From Verrucomicrobiia bacterium (lineage in GTDB: Bacteria; Verrucomicrobiota; Verrucomicrobiia; Limisphaerales; UBA11358), in contig DATCBW010000220.1 of the NCBI GenBank assembly GCA_036511615.1, forward strand, positions 1-57,990: a stretch of DNA of 57,990 nucleotides, in the 5' to 3' direction. Shown piece by piece: positions 17,041 to 23,652 of the stretch. Within the stretch, counting starts at the first letter, position 1. The number at the start of each line of letters is the position of its first letter. The translations under genes were made by a program, and so were the position numbers. The notes under the pieces are model-generated. The model saw only the letters and a list, made by a program, of their open reading frames with translations. It had not been told where the DNA came from and did not search any database.

Positions 17041-19401
17041 ATGATCGCCCGCGTCAGTCTTGAAATTGCCCTGCGCAAGGAATTTGATTATTCGATTCCT
17101 GCAAGCTTGGCCGGCCAAATTGACGTGGGCAGCCGCGTGCAGGTGCCGTTCGGCCCGCGCAAAGTTCTGGGCGTCGTCACCGCCGTCGCCGAGGAGTCGG
17201 CACACGCCCGGCTCAAACCGATTTTGAAAGTCATCGGCGCGCAAACTTTGGTGACGCCGAAGGTTTTGAAACTCGCGCGTTGGATTGCCGACTACTACTG
17301 CTGCGCGCCGGAGACCGCACTGAAATCCGTCCTGCCCGAAGCCGTCCGCAAGGAAGACGCCGGCTGGCGCGAACGATTGTTTGTCCGCGCCCTGCCGGCC
17401 GGCGGCGAACTTCCCAAGCTGCCCAAACGCCAGCGGGATGTCTGGAACATTGTCGAAGAGCGCCGGGAGATTTTATTGGCGGAACTCGTCGAACTGGCCG
17501 AAACGACCGCCGCCACTGTGCGCAAACTGGAAGATCGCGGCCTGATTGAAATCACCTCGGAAATTTCCGAGCGCGATCCTTATGCGCGTGAAACCATTTT
17601 GCCGTCGCAACCGCTGGTTTTGAATCCCGCGCAAGCCGTCGCGCTCGAAAAAATCAAAGTGGCGATGAATCGCGGTGAAGATGGCCGACACCTCACCCCG
17701 ACCCTCTCCCCATTGCTCGCAGACTCGCAACGCGGAGAGGGAGAAAAACCATCCTCCATCTTCCATCCTCAATCCTCGACTTTTCTCTTGCACGGCGTGA
17801 CCGGCTCCGGCAAAACGGAAATTTATTTGCAAGCGCTGGCGCACGCGCTGGAACAAGGCAAAGGCGCAATCGTCCTCGTGCCGGAAATTTCGCTGACACC
17901 GCAGACCGTCGAGCGGTTCAAGGCACGGTTCAGTTCGGGAAAATTGCAGACGCTCGTCGCGGTTTTGCATTCGCATTTGAGCGCAGGCGAACGGCACGAC
18001 GAATGGCACAAGATTCGCCAAGGCCGCGCGCGCATCGTCATCGGCGCGCGTTCGGCGATTTTTGCGCCGGTCGAACCGCTCGGCCTCATCATCGTGGACG
18101 AGGAACACGAGACGAGTTACAAGCAGGAGGAAGCGCCGCGCTATCATGCGCGCGACGTGGCCATCATGCGCGGGCAGATGGAAAATGCCGTCGTCGTGCT
18201 CGGCTCGGCCACGCCGTCGCTCGAAAGTTTTTACAATTGCAAACGCGGCAAGTTCACTTTGCTCGAATTGCCGGAGCGCGTGGACAATCAAAAAATGCCG
18301 CACGTCCGCGTCGTGGACATGCGGCAGGCGGCGCACAAGGAAAAGGGCGCGCCGCTGTTTTCGCCGCAGCTCAAGGAAGCGATTAACCAGCGACTTGATC
18401 GCGGCGAGCAGACGATTTTGTTTTTGAACCGGCGCGGCTACTCGACTTCGCTGCAATGCCCGAAGTGCGGTTACGTTTGCAATTGCCCGAATTGCAGCCT
18501 CGCGCTCACGTTTCACCGGCAGGAACAAAAACTCGCCTGCCATATCTGCGGCCACGTTGAAAAAGTTCCGTTGGTTTGTCCGAACGAAAAATGCAAAAAT
18601 CCCGCGATCCGTTTTTCCGGCACGGGCACGCAACGCGTCGAGGAGACGCTCGCCAAACTTTTTCCGAAGGCGCGTATCAAACGCATGGACGCCGACACGA
18701 TGAAGCGCAAGGATGATTACCGCAAAGTCCTCGGCGATTTTCGCGCGGGCAAAATTGACATTCTCGTCGGCACGCAGATGATCGCGAAGGGTCTGCATTT
18801 TCCGAACGTCACGCTCGTCGGCATCATCTATGCCGACCTCGCGCTGCATCAGCCGGATTTTCGCGCGGGCGAACGCACCTTTCAGTTGCTTACGCAAGTC
18901 GCCGGTCGCGCCGGGCGCGGCGACGTGGAGGGCGAGGTGTTTGTGCAGGCGTTCGCGCCGTTTCATCCGGCGATCCAATACGCGCGCCGCCACGACTTCA
19001 ACGGTTTTTACGAACAGGAAATCGAATTCCGCGAACAACTGAAATATCCGCCCGTCAGTCGCGTCGCGCTGCTGACACTCAAGGGCCGTAACGAAGAAAA
19101 GGTGAAATTCTCCGCCGAGCATTTAAGGAAAGTTCTTGAGTCCAAAGTCCAAAGTCCAAAGTCCAAAGTTGCTGCGGGCGAAACGACTTTAGACATTGGA
19201 CATTGGCCTTTGGACTTGATAATCGCCGGGCCGGCACCGGCGCCGTTGCTGCGCGCGGAAACTTTTTATCGCTACCAGATCATGCTGCGGACGCGGGCGA
19301 TGAGCGCGTTGAGCCGCGAACTGGCGCGCATCATTCAATCGCTGGCGCTGCCCGAAGACGTCACGCTGGCCGTGGACATTGACCCGGTGAATTTGGGGTA
19401 G
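17041..19401 (+). CDS. priA: Primosomal replication restart helicase PriA
   Basis: Walker [14 protein letters not shown] box (IIVDEEHE), Cys-rich zinc region CPKCGYVCNCPNCSLALTFHRQEQKLACHICGH, GRAGR. Confidence 0.95.
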   Translation: MIARVSLEIALRKEFDYSIPASLAGQIDVGSRVQVPFGPRKVLGVVTAVAEESAHARLKPILKVIGAQTLVTPKVLKLARWIADYYCCAPETALKSVLPEAVRKEDAGWRERLFVRALPAGGELPKLPKRQRDVWNIVEERREILLAELVELAETTAATVRKLEDRGLIEITSEISERDPYARETILPSQPLVLNPAQAVALEKIKVAMNRGEDGRHLTPTLSPLLADSQRGEGEKPSSIFHPQSSTFLLHGVTGSGKTEIYLQALAHALEQGKGAIVLVPEISLTPQTVERFKARFSSGKLQTLVAVLHSHLSAGERHDEWHKIRQGRARIVIGARSAIFAPVEPLGLIIVDEEHETSYKQEEAPRYHARDVAIMRGQMENAVVVLGSATPSLESFYNCKRGKFTLLELPERVDNQKMPHVRVVDMRQAAHKEKGAPLFSPQLKEAINQRLDRGEQTILFLNRRGYSTSLQCPKCGYVCNCPNCSLALTFHRQEQKLACHICGHVEKVPLVCPNEKCKNPAIRFSGTGTQRVEETLAKLFPKARIKRMDADTMKRKDDYRKVLGDFRAGKIDILVGTQMIAKGLHFPNVTLVGIIYADLALHQPDFRAGERTFQLLTQVAGRAGRGDVEGEVFVQAFAPFHPAIQYARRHDFNGFYEQEIEFREQLKYPPVSRVALLTLKGRNEEKVKFSAEHLRKVLESKVQSPKSKVAAGETTLDIGHWPLDLIIAGPAPAPLLRAETFYRYQIMLRTRAMSALSRELARIIQSLALPEDVTLAVDIDPVNLG
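17702..17741. repeat. Hairpin-containing low-complexity insert inside priA
   Basis: ccctctcc (17702-17709) pairs with ggagaggg (17734-17741). Encodes LTPTLSPLLADSQRGEGE just upstream of the Walker A motif. Followed by a catcct-type simple sequence up to about 17780. Confidence 0.7.
19141..19217. repeat. Heptamer-arm hairpin inside the priA coding sequence
   Basis: Left arm (tccaaag)x4, 16-nt loop, right arm (actttag)(acattgg)(acattgg)(cctttgg)actt. About 24 of 28 arm positions are complementary. Read in frame as SKVQSPKSKVAAGETTLDIGHWPLDL. Confidence 0.9.
19336..19399. repeat. priA 3-prime end, native copy of a triplicated segment
   Basis: caatcgctggcgctgcccgaagacgtcacgctggccgtggacattgacccggtgaatttggggt. 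Recurs at 20224-20282 and 25604-25656. Confidence 0.95.
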
Positions 19402-19436
19402 GAGAATGTAAAATCCGGTTGACAAATTCCTTAAAT

Positions 19437-19453
19437 GAATACAAATTGTATTC
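19437..19453. promoter_or_regulatory. Perfect 8-1-8 palindrome abutting the higB start (candidate HigA/HigBA operator)
   Basis: gaatacaa-a-ttgtattc ends 1 nt before the GTG at 19454. TTGACA at 19419-19424 lies upstream. Confidence 0.5.
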
Positions 19454-19762
19454 GTGCGCATCATCAAGGAAAAGTTTCTGGTGGAGATGGGAAGGAAATA
19501 TCCGAAAGCTGCCAGCCACTTGGAAGCGTGGCGCAAAATTGTCAGGTTGACGATGTGGCGAAATTTGGTGGAAGTGCGCCGGATTTATCCTGACACGGAT
19601 TCGGTGAAAGTCCGCAGCGGGCGGCAAGTGCTGGTGTTCAATATGCGGCGAAATGATTACCGGCTGATTGTCGCGGTGCATTTCAACCGCCAGATTGTTT
19701 ATACTTTGCGTTTTTTGACGCACGCGGAATACAGCAAAGATCGCTGGAAATCTGAATTGTAA
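19454..19762 (+). CDS. higB: Type II toxin HigB-family mRNA interferase
   Basis: 102-aa protein with KYPKAASHLEAWRKIV..YRLIVAVHFNRQIVYTLRFLTHAEYSK, the pattern of the HigB_toxin family. Followed by an HTH antitoxin gene. Confidence 0.8.
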   Translation: MRIIKEKFLVEMGRKYPKAASHLEAWRKIVRLTMWRNLVEVRRIYPDTDSVKVRSGRQVLVFNMRRNDYRLIVAVHFNRQIVYTLRFLTHAEYSKDRWKSEL

Positions 19763-19788
19763 ATTACTTCGCAACAAAACAAAAGATT

Positions 19789-20214
19789 ATGAAAACAGCA
19801 ACTCGACTCAACTTTGCAGCCCTGCCAAAAAACTACGCCGGACTGTGCCAGATTCTCACGCCGCGCCCGATCCACGACAAGGTGGATTATGAGAACGTGA
19901 CAGAGATTACTGACGCAATGGCCGGCCACAAATTGACGGCGGACCAAGATGATTACTTTGACCTGCTCTGCCAATTGATTGAGACCTACGAAAAAGAACA
20001 CGCGCAACTGGACGCGCCAAAAGTCACCGGGCTGGAAATGTTGCAGCATCTTTTGGACGCAAATGACATGAGCGCGGCGGATTTGGCGCGATTGCTGAAT
20101 GTTCACCGGACACTTGGTGCGATGATTTTGCGCGGTGAACGGCAACTCACTTTAGCTCACGTTCAAAAGCTGTCCAATCACTTCGGTGTGTCTGCGGATT
20201 TATTTCTGCCGTAG
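19789..20214 (+). CDS. higA: HigA-family HTH antitoxin
   Basis: C-terminal XRE-type HTH (LEMLQHLLDANDMSAADLARLLNVHRTLGAMILRGERQLTLAHVQKLSNHFGV). Located 27 nt after higB. Confidence 0.8.
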   Translation: MKTATRLNFAALPKNYAGLCQILTPRPIHDKVDYENVTEITDAMAGHKLTADQDDYFDLLCQLIETYEKEHAQLDAPKVTGLEMLQHLLDANDMSAADLARLLNVHRTLGAMILRGERQLTLAHVQKLSNHFGVSADLFLP

Positions 20215-20223
20215 AAAACTGGT

Positions 20224-20282
20224 TCGCTGGCTGCCCGAAGACGTCACGCTGGCCGTGGACATTGACCCGGTGAATTTGGGGT
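20224..20282. repeat. Second copy of the priA 3-prime end
   Basis: 52 consecutive nt identical to 19348-19399 (ctgcccgaag...gaatttggggt), plus tcgctgg upstream across a 2-nt gap. Confidence 0.95.
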
Positions 20283-20328
20283 GAAATTAGAAATTGAATT
20301 ATCCCGTTCTTTGAGGCACACTGGAAAT

Positions 20329-20508
20329 GTGAAAGCGACAATTAAGCAACCCGCTAAATCCGAGGCTGAATTGCTGGATCACGCCACGAATAATCTTTTG
20401 CGCGGACTCAAGCGCGATATGCAGAAGAAAGACGGTCGCGTGAACTACGACAAACTTCGCAAAGATGGTTACAGTGACCGTTTGCTGGCCAAGCTGGAAC
20501 AGGCTTGA
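20329..20508 (+). CDS. Conserved 59-aa protein, copy 1 (paralogue of 25703-25882)
   Basis: VKATIKQPAKSEAELLDHATNNLLRGLKRDMQKKDGRVNYDKLRKDGYSDRLLAKLEQA aligns without gaps to copy 2. GTG start inferred from that alignment. Confidence 0.5.
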   Translation: MKATIKQPAKSEAELLDHATNNLLRGLKRDMQKKDGRVNYDKLRKDGYSDRLLAKLEQA

Positions 20509-20511
20509 TTT

Positions 20512-20715
20512 CTACTCATTCTTGCGCAGTCGCATAAATTCCGAAACGGTGATGTCGAGCAATGGCGCGGCTTTGCGTGCCTGATTCATGGCATCCGAAT
20601 AGGCCAATCCTGTGGACATCTGACGCACAATCCGTTCCGTTGTCCAACCGCGCGCCTTGGCCATTTGAATGCTCGCTTTCAACTCAGTGTAACGCAAAAT
20701 GTTTTCTTCGCTCAT
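20512..20715 (-). CDS. Hypothetical 67-aa protein, last gene of the ParB operon
   Basis: MSEENILRYTELKASIQMAKARGWTTERIVRQMS... No motif recognised. ATG at 20715 chosen, 20 nt below the upstream stop. Confidence 0.4.
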   Translation of the reverse strand: MSEENILRYTELKASIQMAKARGWTTERIVRQMSTGLAYSDAMNQARKAAPLLDITVSEFMRLRKNE

Positions 20716-20734
20716 GGCTGTAGGTTTTGGCTCG

Positions 20735-21664
20735 TCAGATATAAATTTCCGCAAATCTTTTCAGTTGAGGTTTTATATCTGCTGGCACAAGTTGGAAAAG
20801 TTTCTCATTTTGCATAATCGGTCGAATAACATTAACCGCGAGTGAAATTTCATGCTTAATTTCTTTTAAGTCCTTTTCTGCATCTTTCAATTCAGCTTCG
20901 CGGAGTTCAACATCTTTAGAAAGCATCTCCATTTCTGATGCGCTAATTTTGGGACGAGAAACAGAAGCTCGTTTTTGTTTTTTTCTTTTTAACTTCATCG
21001 CAACTCTTTCCGGCTTGCAATAGAAGTCTGGATTTTGATCTGGGTGATATTTCTTGCGAATGTCTTGATGAAGTTTTCCGCCTGATAGTTTTTTGAAATC
21101 AGCTTTCTTGTCACGCCAGATGCGCTTCTGTCCTGTGTCCGTCATGCCATCGAACACGCGAGCAGAATGTTCAGTTATTTGACCGCTATCAACCGCCTTC
21201 TGGACTTCAGGAATAAGTTTGCCCACTACCAACCAATTATGGATGGTTGTCGCGTCAACACCGAGATATTCGCCAACTTCCTTATTGTTCATTTTGAAGT
21301 TTGCCATTAGCGTTTTTATCAAAGAAGCGCGTTGACTCGGGAATAAATCTTGCCGGTGTTCATCCAAAATGAAACGGATGCGATCACGATATTCTTCCGG
21401 TGGAACTCCTTTGGGCAAATCATCAATGACACACGGCACTTGGAGATGTTTCAAATATTTTGCAACCTCTAATCGTCGGAAGCCATCAATAAGCACAAAC
21501 TTTCCGTCATTTAATTTTGAAACAACCAAAGGTTGTTGAATTCCAGTCCGTTCAATCGAGTGTCGCAATTTGTCATCTTCGACAACATCGCCTGAACGCC
21601 GGTATTTATCCGGCACTTGTATTTGAGTGATTTTGATCGATTCTGCTTGGCTAACATTTTTCAT
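20735..21664 (-). CDS. ParB/Srx-fold + HTH protein (ParB-like 2)
   Basis: N-domain QPLVVSKLNDGKFVLIDGFRRLEVAKYL, then HTH MNNKEVGEYLGVDATTIHNWL, then a K/E-rich coiled tail. About 40% G+C. Confidence 0.75.
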   Translation of the reverse strand: MKNVSQAESIKITQIQVPDKYRRSGDVVEDDKLRHSIERTGIQQPLVVSKLNDGKFVLIDGFRRLEVAKYLKHLQVPCVIDDLPKGVPPEEYRDRIRFILDEHRQDLFPSQRASLIKTLMANFKMNNKEVGEYLGVDATTIHNWLVVGKLIPEVQKAVDSGQITEHSARVFDGMTDTGQKRIWRDKKADFKKLSGGKLHQDIRKKYHPDQNPDFYCKPERVAMKLKRKKQKRASVSRPKISASEMEMLSKDVELREAELKDAEKDLKEIKHEISLAVNVIRPIMQNEKLFQLVPADIKPQLKRFAEIYI

Positions 21665-22545
21665 CTTGCCTCCATTGTTTGAATTACTTGTGCGAATTCA
21701 GAGAAATCAACGCCTTCTTTTTTCAAAGCTAGTTTCATTTCAGGCATTACGAGCAATTGCTTAAGATTGCTCGGTCCCAACGCCCAATGAAGCCGTCTTA
21801 ATTTCAACAAAGTGCGCGCTTCGCTCAATGCTTTGTCGAGATCACGAAGTGAAGATCGAAGCGTATTCTTTGAAAGATTTCCTGTTTGCCTCAAATCCTT
21901 TGTCTTTTTTACGAGAGCTCTAATTTGGTCAGAACCTAAATTTTCCTCTTTCAATACTTCCACGACAATTTCTTGGTCTTTCGCGTCGAGAGATGCCAAT
22001 GCTTCGGCATCATTCATGGAAAGTTTCTGAATTTCTCCTTCTTTCATTAACTTTGAAGAGGCATGCCCTAAAGTCCGCAGATATTTATAAACGTGTCCCG
22101 TAGTGACGAAATATTTTTTCTTGATCTCTTCAACTCCGATACCGCGTTCGATGTCCTGTTTAACTAATTGAGCACGCTCAAACCAACTCAATCGTTTTCT
22201 CATCACGTTTTCTGCCAAAAACCGGCCAACAATTTCTTCCTCTGGAACATCAATTATCATTGCAGGGATTTTAGGCAGTTCAAGTTCACGAAATGCCTGT
22301 AGACGTCCCTGCCCGCATATTAATTCGTAATTGTAAAGCCCTCCATCATTTCGCCGGCGATCCGAATGAGACCACTTTGTAATGTCTCGGACCTGAATCG
22401 GCTGCTTCAAGCCGACAGCGCTGATGCTTTCTTTCAAGCGCGCGTATGCACCTTGGGCGCGACTGCGCCTGACAAAATATTTTATCTCATCAATCTTAAT
22501 TTCAACAACTTCAACTTTAGTTGATTCATTAGTGTTATGGTTCAT
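21661..22545 (-). CDS. ParB/Srx-fold + HTH protein (ParB-like 1)
   Basis: QPIQVRD..YELICGQGRLQAFRELELPKIPAMIID, ParB-like box RFLAENVMRKRLSWFERAQL, HTH-like VEEIKKKYFVTTGHVYKYLR. ATGA overlap with the next gene. Confidence 0.75.
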   Translation of the reverse strand: MNHNTNESTKVEVVEIKIDEIKYFVRRSRAQGAYARLKESISAVGLKQPIQVRDITKWSHSDRRRNDGGLYNYELICGQGRLQAFRELELPKIPAMIIDVPEEEIVGRFLAENVMRKRLSWFERAQLVKQDIERGIGVEEIKKKYFVTTGHVYKYLRTLGHASSKLMKEGEIQKLSMNDAEALASLDAKDQEIVVEVLKEENLGSDQIRALVKKTKDLRQTGNLSKNTLRSSLRDLDKALSEARTLLKLRRLHWALGPSNLKQLLVMPEMKLALKKEGVDFSEFAQVIQTMEAR

Positions 22546-22565
22546 ATTTGTCCTTTCGCTAAAAA

Positions 22566-23018
22566 CTATCCGTTTTCACGAAGCAAGTCAAGCGCCCTTT
22601 CAAACAACTGACTGACCCGCTGCTTGCTTACACCGTAACTTTTTGCAATTTGAGAAAATGACTCGCGTTCACCATCAAAACCCAAATGTCTGATTACAAC
22701 ATTTCTTTCCCGATTGGGAAGAATCGTTAAATCCTTTGCAAGTTTCCGAGACAATTCTTGATTGCATATGTCAGAAAATGGCGTTTGTTCATTTGTAAAA
22801 GCATCTTCGTTTTCGCGCACAACAAAATCACCGTTGGCTTTATACACAAATAGACTTTCAATAATCGCGCGCATAAATTTCCCATTGATCATGCGTTCGC
22901 AAAAACAATTACCTGCTTGAGACGAGGCCAAGTTTTCCGGTAAGTTCTGCATAATCTTTTTCGGGTCTTGTCGGCAAAGCCATAAGCGACCTTGGTTGCC
23001 AGTTCTTCCGATTGGCAC
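22566..23018 (-). CDS. Sigma-70 region-4-like HTH protein (C-terminal half of a possibly split sigma factor)
   Basis: LPNRERNVVIRHLGFDGERESFSQIAKSYGVSKQRVSQLFERALDLLR is a region 4.2-type HTH. The N-terminal about 40 aa of the ORF overlap 22889-23185 in another frame. Confidence 0.55.
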   Translation of the reverse strand: MPIGRTGNQGRLWLCRQDPKKIMQNLPENLASSQAGNCFCERMINGKFMRAIIESLFVYKANGDFVVRENEDAFTNEQTPFSDICNQELSRKLAKDLTILPNRERNVVIRHLGFDGERESFSQIAKSYGVSKQRVSQLFERALDLLRENG

Positions 23019-23185
23019 GCGCGCAATTTTTTGAGGAAGATTTTATCTTGAAACGCTTCCACGATTAAATCCTGCCGAATGTCATCAGTGCTTCTCTGGC
23101 AGACTGCACCAATCCTGCGATACGCTTGCACAGCAACCTTGTTCGCTATAGCGATTAGCAAACTTTCAGTCTCGTTGTTTGTCAT
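22889..23185 (-). CDS. Sigma-70 region-2-like protein (N-terminal half of a possibly split sigma factor)
   Basis: MTNNETESLLIAIANKVAVQAYRRIG...DDIRQDLIVEAFQ resembles ECF region 2.1/2.2. The frame ends at 22889 inside the other ORF. Confidence 0.45.
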   Translation of the reverse strand: MTNNETESLLIAIANKVAVQAYRRIGAVCQRSTDDIRQDLIVEAFQDKIFLKKLRACQSEELATKVAYGFADKTRKRLCRTYRKTWPRLKQVIVFANA

Positions 23186-23365
23186 ATATTTCTGTTTCCA
23201 TTTAATACAGCCCATTTAATCACATGCCGTCAAGAGGTTCATGATTCATTTATCATCACTCATTTGAGCTTACAAGGTTTTAAGTTTTGTTCAAATCTAT
23301 TTTGTCATGTTTCATTCGATTAAAAACTACCTGAAAATGAACGCTTTATGCCGTTCTTCTATTTT

Positions 23366-23614
23366 TCATTTGCCGATGGCGCGAACGCTGTGTTTTATTT
23401 TTTTAATTCCACGTTGCCACAAATCAAAATAATACAGCGCGACGACGACGAGGGAGTGGCCGGTTTTTTCGTCGGCGACGAGTTTCGGGATTTCCGCGAC
23501 GGGCACGAGGTGCGTGATCAAATCTTCGCCGCTGTCGAATTCCACGCCGTGTTGCAGGCGGCAGTTTTCAACCAGCACGGTGCAGGTGACGTTGCTCAAG
23601 ATCGCGGGATTGGA
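23366..23614 (-). pseudogene. 3-prime fragment of a NUDIX hydrolase gene (duplicate of 28101-28316)
   Basis: 23399-23614 aligns base for base with 28101-28316 at roughly 90% identity by eye. Encodes only ...VLVENCRLQHGVEFDSGEDLITHLVPVAEIPKLVADEKTGHSLVVVALYYFDLWQRGIKK. The NUDIX box is missing. Confidence 0.85.
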
Positions 23615-23652
23615 ATGGCCGCTTCAACGTTTTGACAATTCAGCTTTTCGAG

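Noticed and set aside
17473-19122. 549-aa minus-strand ORF
   Set aside because: Antisense to priA, which has Walker A, DEEH and the zinc cluster. This is the typical high-GC shadow frame.
21531-21547. 7-3-7 palindrome aacaacc-aaa-ggttgtt inside the ParB-like 2 gene, considered as a parS-like site
   Set aside because: It is short, has no resemblance to the canonical parS (TGTTNCACGTGAAACA), occurs once, and lies within coding sequence. It is likely chance.
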